Shown: one piece after another, positions 39,194-48,284 of the stretch | Layout of the letters: every line of letters starts with the position of its first letter | How positions within the stretch are numbered: the stretch's first letter is position 1 | Origin: an uncultured delta proteobacterium | Lineage (GTDB): Bacteria > Desulfobacterota > Binatia > UBA9968 | Assembly (NCBI GenBank): GCA_963771465.1 | Contig: CAVYTU010000010.1 | Location: forward strand, 32,359-96,358 | DNA: 64,000 nucleotides | Reading direction: 5' to 3' | Position numbers and translations under genes: made by a program | Notes under the pieces: model-generated | Databases searched by the model: none | Told to the model about the DNA's origin: nothing | Seen by the model: only the letters and a program-made list of their open reading frames with translations

Positions 39194-40132
39194 ATGGCTA
39201 TTGCAACCGATGATGCGCCACTGGTGCGCGAGCTCAAATCGCTGGCCGGCTTGAAGCTGAAGCTCGCCGAGCCCTTGGCGCGCTATACGTCGATGAAGAT
39301 CGGCGGTCCGGCGGATTATTTCATCGAAGTGGAAAATATCGCCGTGTTGGCTGCTACGTTGGAGTTGCTCCATCGTTGTAACATCGCGGTGGCGCTGTTG
39401 GGGAACGGCAGCAACGTGTTGGTGAGCGACCGCGGCGTGCGCGGCGCGGTGATTCGGCTCGCCGGCGAATTTAAGAAAATTACTTGGCAAGACGAAGGCG
39501 ATTTTATCCGAGTCCAGGTCGGTGCAGCGTATGCTGTGACCTTGTTCGTCCGCCAAGCGGCGCGCAAGGGTTATGCCGGTTTGGAATTCGCTGAAGGGAT
39601 TCCCGGCAGTGTGGGCGGCGCCTTGGTGATGAACGCCGGCGCCTATGGTTCGGAATTCGAAAGAGTTGTCGAACAGGTTGAAGCCGTGAGCCCAACCGGC
39701 GCGCCGATTGTGTTCACCCGCGCTCAGATGAGGTTCAGCTATCGAGATTCGCATTTGCCGGCGGGCACGGTGGTGACTCGGGTCAGCTTGCGTTTGCGCA
39801 AAGCTGACGCGGACGAGGTCAGTTCCAAGCTGCGCACTTTGGTCGGCAAACGAAAAAGCAGTCAGCCGTCGGGCTTTCCCAATTCCGGTTCGATGTTTCG
39901 CAATCCGCCGGGAGACTTCGCCGGCCGGTTGATCGAAGCTGCGGGACTCAAGGGCCGGCGCGTTGGCCAAGCGCAAATTTCCGAGCGCCACGCCAATTTC
40001 ATCGTCAATCTTGGCGGCGCCCAGGCTAAACATGTACGCCAGCTGATGGACTTGGCCCGCGCCGAAGTGAAGCGCCAATTCGCGGTCGAGCTGATCGCCG
40101 AAGTGAAGCTCATGGGCGAGTGGCAGGAGTGA
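39194..40132 (+). CDS. murB: UDP-N-acetylenolpyruvoylglucosamine reductase
   Basis: IGGPAD, GNGSN, GIPGSVGG..MNAGA, SGSMFRNP, HANFIVN. Confidence 0.96.
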   Translation: MAIATDDAPLVRELKSLAGLKLKLAEPLARYTSMKIGGPADYFIEVENIAVLAATLELLHRCNIAVALLGNGSNVLVSDRGVRGAVIRLAGEFKKITWQDEGDFIRVQVGAAYAVTLFVRQAARKGYAGLEFAEGIPGSVGGALVMNAGAYGSEFERVVEQVEAVSPTGAPIVFTRAQMRFSYRDSHLPAGTVVTRVSLRLRKADADEVSSKLRTLVGKRKSSQPSGFPNSGSMFRNPPGDFAGRLIEAAGLKGRRVGQAQISERHANFIVNLGGAQAKHVRQLMDLARAEVKRQFAVELIAEVKLMGEWQE

Positions 40133-40193
40133 GAGATAACCACCTGGGATATCGCGCGGATGTCAATATTTGCACGGACGGTGATACGGCACA

Positions 40194-41009
40194 ATGCAGC
40201 TAAAAGTTTATCGCAAAGACAATCGTAAGAAGGATATCGGCCGGTGGCGCCGATATCTGATCCGTGTGGGCGTCGCTGCCGGCGCGGTTGTTCTGTGCGT
40301 CGTGCTCTATCGGTTGAGCGGGCCGATAGCGATCGCCGCGGCATCGCTGCGCGACTTCATTGTCGAGAACGCTTACTTCTCGGTGCGCGAAATTCAGGTG
40401 CGCGTTGGCGAGCGGGTCAGCGGCAATGAGATTATCGCCATCGCCGGGCTGCGCCAGGGGATGAATATCTGGAAGGTTGATCCCGCAGCCATTGAAAAGA
40501 AGATCGCCAAACATCCATGGGTGCGCCGAGTACTGGTGCATCGAGAGTTTCCGCGCCGGATTACGATCGACGTCGACGAGCGTACGCCCAAGGCGATCGT
40601 CGCGGTCAGAAAACTCTACTACGTCGATGCCGATGGAGTCTTATTTAAAGAAGTGATCGCCGGCGACAACATGGGCTTCCCGATGCTCACGGGGCTGAGC
40701 GCCGAGGAGCTGATGGCGCCGGATCCATCCATGCGCAAGCGCCTTCAGGAAGCGGTCCGTCTCGGCGAGCTGATGGGGCGGCAGGCGCATTCGTTATCGG
40801 AAATTCATTTCGACGCGCCGGACAAACTGGTCGTCTATACCACCGGCAAGCCGGTGGCATTGCGCATGGGCTGGGGCGATTGGGAAGCGAAGATCGCGCG
40901 GCTCGAGCAACTGTTGACGCTGTGGAAAGGCAACGAGGAACGGCTGGCGTCATTGGACATGAGTTATCGTGATCAAATCGTGGCTCGGCTGCGCCGAGCG
41001 GCAAACTAA
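40194..41009 (+). CDS. ftsQ: Cell division protein FtsQ/DivIB
   Basis: TM plus POTRA (HPWV..V.V.R.FP..I.I.V.ER); lies before ftsA. Confidence 0.9.
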   Translation: MQLKVYRKDNRKKDIGRWRRYLIRVGVAAGAVVLCVVLYRLSGPIAIAAASLRDFIVENAYFSVREIQVRVGERVSGNEIIAIAGLRQGMNIWKVDPAAIEKKIAKHPWVRRVLVHREFPRRITIDVDERTPKAIVAVRKLYYVDADGVLFKEVIAGDNMGFPMLTGLSAEELMAPDPSMRKRLQEAVRLGELMGRQAHSLSEIHFDAPDKLVVYTTGKPVALRMGWGDWEAKIARLEQLLTLWKGNEERLASLDMSYRDQIVARLRRAAN

Positions 41010-41044
41010 CGGCGGAGGAAGCGGTGAGTCGGCGGTAGAAGGTT

Positions 41045-42271
41045 ATGGCGAAGAAAAACAGCATTGTTGTCGGCTTGGATATCGGAACTTCGAAAGTCTG
41101 CGCCATCGTCGGTGAGATGACTGAGCATGGCGTCGAGATTATCGGTATCGGTTCGCACGCGTCGCAGGGACTGCGCAAGGGTGTGGTGATCAACATCGAA
41201 GCGACGGTGAACTCGGTCAAAAAAGCGGTGGAAGACGCCGCGCTCATGGCGGGCTGTGAAATTCATACCGTCTTTACCAGCATAACGGGCGGTCATATCA
41301 AGGCTTTCAACAGCCACGGCATCGTCGCGGTGAAAAACAAAGAGGTCGCGCAGCGTGACTTGGAGCGCGTCATCGACGCCGCCAAGGCCGTCGCGATCCC
41401 CATGGATCGCGACGTGCTGCATGTCTTGCCGCAGGATTACATCATCGATGAACAGGACGGCATCAAAGAACCGCTCGGCATGTCCGGCGTGCGCCTGGAA
41501 GCCAAGGTATACATCGTCACCGGCGCGGTGACTTCGGTGCAAAATATCGTCAAGTGCTGTAACCGCACGGGGCTCAACGTCGCCGAGATCGTCTTGGCGC
41601 CGTTGGCGGCGGCGGAAGCGGTGTTGGGCGAAGAGGAGCGGGAGTTAGGTGTCGTGCTGGTCGACATGGGCGGCGGCACGACCGATATCGCGATTTACCA
41701 CGACGGTACCGTGAAACACACGGCGGTGATTAGCATTGGCGGCAACCATGTAACCAACGATATCGCCGCGGGATTGCGCACGCCGTTCAATGACGCCGAA
41801 CGGATCAAGCAGCGCTTCGGTTACGCCAAAGCGACCATGGTGACGGCAAACGAGCGAGTTGAAGTCCCCAGTGTCGCGGGCAAAGGCTCGGGCACGGTGT
41901 CGCGCCAGATCCTATGTGCCATCATCGAGCCGCGCCTCGATGAAATCTTCGAACTGATACAACGCGAAATTGCCAAGTCGGGTTACGAAGGTTCGTTGGC
42001 GTCCGGTGTCGTCATCACAGGCGGCGCGATGCTCCTGCCCGGCGCGATTGAGATGGCCGAACGATCCTTCGGAATGCCCGTGCGGCTTGGCGTGCCGACC
42101 CATGTCGGTGGGATTGTCGACGTCATCAATAGCCCGGCGTACGCAACGGCGGTCGGATTAGTTTTGCACGGCATGAGGCGGCAGGAACGCAATGTCTATC
42201 GGCCGCGCGACGATAAGATTCTATCCAAGGTGAAACATCGCATGTCGGATTGGCTCAGTGAGTTTTTCTAA
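41045..42271 (+). CDS. ftsA: Cell division protein FtsA
   Basis: GLDIGTSK, DMGGGTTD, YATAVGL. Confidence 0.97.
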   Translation: MAKKNSIVVGLDIGTSKVCAIVGEMTEHGVEIIGIGSHASQGLRKGVVINIEATVNSVKKAVEDAALMAGCEIHTVFTSITGGHIKAFNSHGIVAVKNKEVAQRDLERVIDAAKAVAIPMDRDVLHVLPQDYIIDEQDGIKEPLGMSGVRLEAKVYIVTGAVTSVQNIVKCCNRTGLNVAEIVLAPLAAAEAVLGEEERELGVVLVDMGGGTTDIAIYHDGTVKHTAVISIGGNHVTNDIAAGLRTPFNDAERIKQRFGYAKATMVTANERVEVPSVAGKGSGTVSRQILCAIIEPRLDEIFELIQREIAKSGYEGSLASGVVITGGAMLLPGAIEMAERSFGMPVRLGVPTHVGGIVDVINSPAYATAVGLVLHGMRRQERNVYRPRDDKILSKVKHRMSDWLSEFF

Positions 42272-42311
42272 ACGGAAAATCAAACCAAACGTTTTGGGAG
42301 GAGGAGAATTT

Positions 42312-43550
42312 ATGTTTGAGATAGTGGAACAAGTCAACAGTTTGAGCGCGCGCATCAAGGTCATCGGCATCGGTGGCGGTGGCGGCAACGCGGTCAACAC
42401 CATGATCGGCGGGAAACTTTCGGGGGTCGATTTTATGGTGGCGAACACCGACGCGCAGTCGCTCGAGGCCAGTCAGGCTCCGGTGCGCATTCAACTCGGC
42501 GGCCTGGTGACCAAAGGACTGGGTGCTGGCGCCAATCCGGAAATCGGCCGGCGCGCGGCGTTGGAAGATCAGGAAAGGATCCGCGAGTATCTCGAAGGAT
42601 CCGACATGATCTTTATCACCGCGGGCATGGGCGGCGGCACTGGCACGGGCGGCGCACCGGTCATAGCCAGATTGGCGCGCGAAGTCGGCGCGCTGACGGT
42701 CGGCGTGGTGACCAAGCCGTTTATCTTCGAAGGCAAGAAGCGCATGCGTCAAGCCGATGACGGTATCGAAGAGCTAAAACAGTGCGTCGATACGCTGATC
42801 GTGATTCCGAACCAGCGTCTGCTCAGCATCGCGGCAAAAACCACGACGATGCTCGAAGCGTTTCACAAAGCCGACGACGTGCTACTGCAAGCGGTACGCG
42901 GCATTTCCGATTTGATCATCACCCCCGGGTTGATCAATCTCGACTTTGCCGACGTACGCACGGTGATGGCGGAAATGGGCTTGGCGCTGATGGGCGCAGC
43001 GTCCGCGTCCGGCGAGAACCGCGCCATCGAAGCGGCGCAAAAGGCGATCTCCAGCCCGCTGCTCGAGGATATTTCGATCCAAGGCGCGCGCGGCGTATTG
43101 ATCAACATTACCGGCGGTCCGGACCTGTGCTTGCACGAAGTGAACGAAGCGGCGTCGATGATTCAGGAAGAGGCGCACGAAGACGCCAACATTATCTTTG
43201 GCGCGGTGATCGACGAGACCATCACCGACGAGATCCGCATCACCGTCATCGCCACAGGTTTTGGTGAGGTGAAAGAAGAGAAAAAGCCGATTCCCGTGCA
43301 GGCGGCTTCGAGCGTTAGCCATATGGTCAATGCCGCCACCGTTGCGTCGACCATGCCGAAGAACAAAAAGGTCGTGCACTTGGGCACCATTGTCGACGAT
43401 CTCGACGCGCCGACCTGGCAGCGCAAGAAGAGCGGCAGCGACGATGTTGAGACCGTGACGCTCCGCAAGAACAATTTTCAACTCAACGCCGGCCAGGAAG
43501 ACGATGACAAATACGATATCCCGACTTTCTTGCGGCGCCAGATGGATTAA
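42312..43550 (+). CDS. ftsZ: Cell division protein FtsZ
   Basis: GGGGGNAVN, GGGTGTG, NLDFAD, C-terminal DIPTFLR. Confidence 0.98.
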   Translation: MFEIVEQVNSLSARIKVIGIGGGGGNAVNTMIGGKLSGVDFMVANTDAQSLEASQAPVRIQLGGLVTKGLGAGANPEIGRRAALEDQERIREYLEGSDMIFITAGMGGGTGTGGAPVIARLAREVGALTVGVVTKPFIFEGKKRMRQADDGIEELKQCVDTLIVIPNQRLLSIAAKTTTMLEAFHKADDVLLQAVRGISDLIITPGLINLDFADVRTVMAEMGLALMGAASASGENRAIEAAQKAISSPLLEDISIQGARGVLINITGGPDLCLHEVNEAASMIQEEAHEDANIIFGAVIDETITDEIRITVIATGFGEVKEEKKPIPVQAASSVSHMVNAATVASTMPKNKKVVHLGTIVDDLDAPTWQRKKSGSDDVETVTLRKNNFQLNAGQEDDDKYDIPTFLRRQMD

Positions 43551-43673
43551 CTGGCTCCGTGTCCGTGCTTCGAGATCGTCCGAACACGCCAATCGGGCAC
43601 GAGTCACGAACCACGGCGGCACTTCGGCGTGAGTGTCGATTTGAGTTAGACGGCGGTCGCCGCGCACTTTGCC

Positions 43674-43925
43674 TTAACGCAGCCGCGTGCCGTGATTGAT
43701 CGACGGGGCGATCTCTTCAGCGGCGAGTTCGGCGGGAAATAGCGCGCCGGAAATGCGCGCGTCGTTAAGGCTGGCGCCGGCGAGCGTGGCTTTGAAAAGT
43801 CGATGCCGTTCAGATCGGCGGCGCGAAAATAGCGGTTGTTAAAATCAATGCCGAATCCAGTCCGCGCACGTCGAGATGGCCAAAATCAGTGGATCTTCGT
43901 AGGTGGTCAGTGGTTTGAGTGCCAT
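43674..43925 (-). pseudogene. Short pentapeptide-repeat protein remnant
   Basis: Fragments in shifting frames: MALKPLTTYEDPL, ..YFRAADLNGIDF.., LAGASLNDARISGALFPAELAAEEI..SINHGTRLR*. Confidence 0.6.
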
Positions 43926-43972
43926 GGTCGCTGTTTGGGCGGTTGAGCCCAACAGCCCAAACACCATCGGCG

Positions 43973-45067
43973 CTATTGGGAAGTTCTTAAACGCTTTTCT
44001 GAGCGGTGTCTGGCGATGGCCAGCTGGATCAGCCGGTCGATCAGTTGGGTATAGGAAATTCCCGTCGCTTCCCACATCTTCGGGTACATGCTGATTTGCG
44101 TGAAGCCGGGAATCGTGTTGATTTCGTTAACCAACACCCGGCCGTCGGCTTCGATAAAAAAGTCGACTCTGCCCATGCCTTCACAGCAGAGCGCTCGGTA
44201 AGCTCGCAGCGCCGTGTCGCGCACTTTCTTGATTATCGCTTTGGGCAGTTTTGCGGGAATTTCCAGCCGCGAGCTCTGGTCGTCGAGATACTTCGCAGCG
44301 TAGGAGTAGAAGTCGCGATTGACAATGATCTCGCCGGGCAGTGAAGCGATGGGATTGTCGTTGCCGAGCACCGAGCACTCGATCTCGCGGCCGCGAATAA
44401 ATTCTTCGATGACGATTTTATTGTCGTAGCGAAAAGCTTCCTTAATGGCGGCGGCGAACTGTGCCGGTTTGACCACCTTGCTAATGCCCACCGATGAGCC
44501 GAGGTTTGCCGGCTTGATGAACAACGGCATGCCGAGAGCTTTTCTCACCTGGGCGAAGCTGATTTTGTCCCAATGATTGAAAGCCAGGAATTTACCAATG
44601 GGAATATTTGCGTCGCGCAGCAGGCGTTTCATCACATCTTTGTCCATGCCGACCGCGGAACCTAGCACACCGGCGCCGACGAATGGCAGGTTGGCCAATT
44701 TCAATAAACCTTGCACTGTACCGTCTTCGCCGAACGGGCCGTGGAGAATCGGGAAGACGACGTCAATGGCACCGAGTGCGCCAAATCCAGTGCGGCTCGG
44801 ACGCACCATCGGCGTCGCAGTATCGCCCGGCATGACTGCGGCGGCTTTAGTTTTATCGCGGAATTCGACTTTCGACTGTTCTATGCCGCGTAGCAGCAGG
44901 GCGCGGTCATCTAGGTGCCAGCGGCCTTGCTTGTCGATGCCGATGGCAACGACTTCATACTTCTTTTTGTCCATCGCCGCGACGATGTTGCGCGCGGAGA
45001 TAAGCGAGATTTCGTGTTCGGCGGATTTGCCGCCGAAGAGCAGGGCGACTTTGAGTTTTTTCTTCAT
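43973..45067 (-). CDS. ddl: D-alanine--D-alanine ligase (DdlA type)
   Basis: GGKSAEHEIS, LHGPFGEDG, KPANLGSSVG, FYSY..KY, NEINTIPG. Confidence 0.96.
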   Translation of the reverse strand: MKKKLKVALLFGGKSAEHEISLISARNIVAAMDKKKYEVVAIGIDKQGRWHLDDRALLLRGIEQSKVEFRDKTKAAAVMPGDTATPMVRPSRTGFGALGAIDVVFPILHGPFGEDGTVQGLLKLANLPFVGAGVLGSAVGMDKDVMKRLLRDANIPIGKFLAFNHWDKISFAQVRKALGMPLFIKPANLGSSVGISKVVKPAQFAAAIKEAFRYDNKIVIEEFIRGREIECSVLGNDNPIASLPGEIIVNRDFYSYAAKYLDDQSSRLEIPAKLPKAIIKKVRDTALRAYRALCCEGMGRVDFFIEADGRVLVNEINTIPGFTQISMYPKMWEATGISYTQLIDRLIQLAIARHRSEKRLRTSQ

Positions 45068-45085
45068 TAGACGAGCTACGAATGG

Positions 45086-45162
45086 AGTCGAGGATTGAAG
45101 TTAGAAGATCGAGGATCGCGGGGACGAGAATCGATCTTCGATTCTCCAGCCTCGATCCTCGG
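45086..45162. repeat. 7-mer tandem repeat with inverted arm (ATCGAGG / CCTCGAT)
   Basis: GTCGAGG ATTGAAG TTAGAAG ATCGAGG ATCGCGG ... CGATCTTCGATTCTCCAGCCTCGATCCTCG. Confidence 0.65.
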
Positions 45163-45191
45163 CTTCAACAGGATTAGGCAGTTAAATTGGA

Positions 45192-46379
45192 TTACGATTT
45201 TTTCGCGGCGGGCGCGGCCGGCGCTTGCTGTTCGATGACTTTCACTACTTTGCCGGGATAGGCCTGCTTTTCGAATTGTAGCACGAAATATTTCGCCTTC
45301 ACCGGGTCGCCTTTGTTGTCGAATTCGATGGGCCCGGTTACGCCTTTGAACCCTTTTATTTTACGCACAGCAGTGGAAACTTCGGTGCGCGTCGGTTTCT
45401 TGCCGGGATGCGCTTTCAGCCATCCCTCTAGGGCTTTGATGCCGACCAGCGTGGCGTCGTAGCCGTACAAGCCAAACGCTTCGACATCCTTGCCGAAACG
45501 TTGCTTGAATTTTTTCGCGAACGCGGCGGTTTCAGGATACGCATCCGGCGGACCGGCGACGCTGGTGTAGTAACTGCCCACCACCGAGCTGCCGGCGATC
45601 TTGGCCATTTCAGCCGAGTCCAAACCATCGGGTCCCATGAATTTGGCGGTGACACCTTTCTCACGCAATTGTTTTAGCAGCAAGCCGCCTTGATGATAGA
45701 TGCCGCCGAAATAAACCAGCGCCGGATTTTTCGCTTTTAGCGGATTGATCATCGGCGAGAAGTTGGCGCGCTCTTCGGTGCCTTCGTAGCCCAGAACGTT
45801 GATGCCGAGCTTTTTCGCTTCGTTACGGAAGTTGTCGGCGACGCCTTGACCGTAGAGCGTTTTGTCGTGGATGATGTAAACCGATTTGGCTTTCAACTCC
45901 TGCGCCGCGAAGCGCGCGCCCACCGGACCTTGGACATCGTCACGGCCGCACACGCGGTTCACATTCGGATAACCGCGGTCGGTGATTTCGGTCGCGGTAT
46001 TGGCCGGCGAGATCATCGCCAGCATGGCGTCTTTGTAAACTTCCGAGGCCGGCAGAGCGACGCCGGAATTGAAATGACCGACGATCACCAAGACTTCGGG
46101 ATCGGCGACCATGTTGCGCGCGTTGGCGACGCCGACTTCAGGTTTCGCTTGATCGTCTTGCGGCACGAGCACTAAATCGTAGCCCAGCGCCTTAAATGAT
46201 TTGACCGCCTCTTCGACGGCGAGCTGCGCGCCGAGCTTGATATGCTCACCGAGCGCGGCCTGCTCGCCGGAGAGCGGCGCCTGCACGGCGATCTTGATTT
46301 TACCCTGTTGCGCCCACGAGGTGGCAGGCACTAAAGCGACCCATGCCAAGAGGAACGCTAATGACAGTCGTTGTAGCAC
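45192..46379 (-). CDS. Branched-chain amino acid ABC transporter substrate-binding protein (LivK/LivJ-like)
   Basis: PLSG.QA, DDQ, VGHFNSG, RVCGRDD.QG, HDKT.YGQG; GTG start after AGGAG. The ORF-track N-terminal extension runs into the repeat and IS. Confidence 0.92.
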   Translation of the reverse strand: MLQRLSLAFLLAWVALVPATSWAQQGKIKIAVQAPLSGEQAALGEHIKLGAQLAVEEAVKSFKALGYDLVLVPQDDQAKPEVGVANARNMVADPEVLVIVGHFNSGVALPASEVYKDAMLAMISPANTATEITDRGYPNVNRVCGRDDVQGPVGARFAAQELKAKSVYIIHDKTLYGQGVADNFRNEAKKLGINVLGYEGTEERANFSPMINPLKAKNPALVYFGGIYHQGGLLLKQLREKGVTAKFMGPDGLDSAEMAKIAGSSVVGSYYTSVAGPPDAYPETAAFAKKFKQRFGKDVEAFGLYGYDATLVGIKALEGWLKAHPGKKPTRTEVSTAVRKIKGFKGVTGPIEFDNKGDPVKAKYFVLQFEKQAYPGKVVKVIEQQAPAAPAAKKS

Positions 46380-46645
46380 GGCAATTGTTCTCCTTTGCTT
46401 GGAATGCTCTGACGATAACAAATCGACGGCGAGGGCGCCATAGATTCTTACGCTATGTGCGAAGGACGTGCGCCGCACAAGGAATATCCATCGGATTAAC
46501 CCGGATTCCGCCGTTGAAATTGAAACACGAGCGAGGCGCGATCCTTCCGTGGTGAAGACAATGGGTCTGTGCCTCTGATTAATATGAAAGCGATGAAATC
46601 CGCAGCGTCGGTAGATAGACTGACGGCTGGAGGAGGAAATCGCAA

Positions 46646-47742
46646 ATGGAATATATCGCATTGGATGTTCACAAACATTACACCTGGGCACGAGTGGAAA
46701 ACGACCAAGGCCACAAGGTCTAGGAATGTAAATTGGCGCACCGTCGTGGAACGATTAAAAACTTTGCCAAGCAGTGGAGTCCCGGCACCCCGGTGGCAGT
46801 GGAGACAGTGGGCAACTGGTACTGGGTGGTCGATGAGATCGAGGCCGGCAAAGGATCGCCGCAATTGGTCAACGCACGACTGGCCAAGCTGATGATCGGC
46901 AGCGTGAACAAGAGCGACAAGCTCGATGCCAAGGGAATGAATCGTCTGCAGAGGGTAGGCACCCTGCCGACGGTGTGGATAGCGCCGTCTGCGGTTCGCG
47001 ATGCCCGCGAGTTGCCGCGCACCCGCATGGTGCTCAGCAAGCAAGAACCCAATTCAAGAACCGCATTCACGCCACCCTGGAGAAGTACGGGCTTAAGGTC
47101 GAAGGAGTCAGCAACGCGTTTGGTAAGGCAGGGCGACGGATCATCGAAGAGCTTTCCTCCAAGCTGCCGCCGCACACCGAGCAAGCCCTGCGCTTGATGC
47201 TCGACGAACTCGACCCTGTGCAAGCCAATCTCAAAACCATCAAAGGCCAAATGCCACAAGCCTTTGCTCCCCGTGCTGAGACGACTTATTTGCACAGCGA
47301 GCCGGGGGTGGGTGAGATGTTGGCGGTGGTGATCTGGACCGAGATTGGCACCATCGAGCGCTTTGGCCGAGCCGAACAGCTGGCAAGTTACGCAGGGCTG
47401 GTGCCACGGGAGCACTCCAGTGGCGGCAAGGTGCGCTATGGGCGGGTGAGAAAGGACGTGAATCTTTATCTCAAGTGGGCCTTTACCGAGGCGGCCAACA
47501 GCGCCGTGCTCAACCGCGAGCGCTGTGAGTACCGACACGTTGCCCGGCTGTATGAAAACGTCAAAGCCAGACGGGGTCACGGCAAGGCGATTATCGCGGT
47601 AGCGTGCCACCTGGCCGAGGCCGCTTTTTGGATGTTGAAAAAAGGAGAAAACTATCGCGAACCGATGTTGTCCACACAACGCTCAGCGCGGCCTGCTCAT
47701 GGGTCCACTGAGACCCGCCCTCTGATTGCGACAGCGCTGTGA
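46646..47742 (+). pseudogene. IS110 DEDD recombinase/transposase, disrupted
   Basis: GGAGG RBS; MEYIALDVHK, VAVET, KSDKLDA, ASYAGLVP..HSSGG, KAIIAVA..L. In-frame TAG at 46721 and a frameshift near 47045. Confidence 0.9.
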
Positions 47743-47870
47743 AATAATTCTCTGCCGCACAAGACCGAATAGATGAGTCCGATAACATCGGGTTAGAATG
47801 ACGGACGACGGGAATAGGTTTTACTCAGAAACATTCGAGGAGTGCTCGATTCGGGAATTAACAGCCACCT
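47680..47870 (+). ncRNA. Putative bridge/seek RNA of the IS1111-type element
   Basis: Stem CAGCGC/GCGCTG enclosing GCCTGCTCA (reverse complement of right target), a GGGTC/GACCC hairpin and CCTCTGA (left target). ATAGATGA (47769-76) matches the IS right end plus core. Boundaries are approximate. Confidence 0.75.
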
Positions 47871-48284
47871 TGACAAAGCTTTCATAGATGAGCAGGCAAC
47901 CGACATAGCTGCCTAGGAGCAATCCTTGGCAGCTATTAGAGCGGCTTGCCAATCCGGCAAAATGACATTACAACCGCAGCGTTGGGTGTCTTCACGACTC
48001 CAGGATCGCGCCTCACTCGGCGCATGCAATTACTCTAACTGTATCCGGGGTGAGCGGCGTCTTTCGGATCGGGCAATTTTCTCGGCTATCCGCCGCGTAC
48101 GCCGTTAGCGCGGCACGCGCACCTCGCCGAGGCTATCCTTTTCGATACGAACAGATTCGTTCTTCATTAGACTTGCTCCTCTCTCAATTTTGCCTGTGCG
48201 GTTCAGGAATTGAAATATCGGTGGAGAGATCGCTACGTAGACGGCAACTTCTAAGCCGCGTCGAACTCGCGAAAAGATCGGAGA

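Larger units (their letters stand above)
46579..47891 (+). mobile_element. IS110-family insertion sequence, IS1111 type (1313 bp)
   Basis: Ends defined by comparison with the empty repeat. TGA core appears on both sides (46576-78, 47889-91). Subterminal IRs TATGAAAGC (46583-91) / GCTTTCATA (47878-86). Long 3' non-coding end. Confidence 0.93.
46498..48051. repeat. Second copy of the ~243-bp palindromic repeat, split by the IS
   Basis: 46498-46578 (81 bp) plus 47892-48051 (160 bp) reconstruct a 241-bp homolog of 9577-9819. Confidence 0.9.

Noticed and set aside
46380-46691. N-terminal extension of the LivK-like ORF and small ORFs sharing HRPIVFTTEGSRLA (also 9451-9738)
   Set aside because: These are translations of the non-coding repeat, not a protein family.
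46721-46723. TAG recoding or programmed frameshift in the IS110 gene
   Set aside because: TAG is used as a normal stop elsewhere in the window, there is no slippery site near 47045, and IS110 recombinases are single-ORF.
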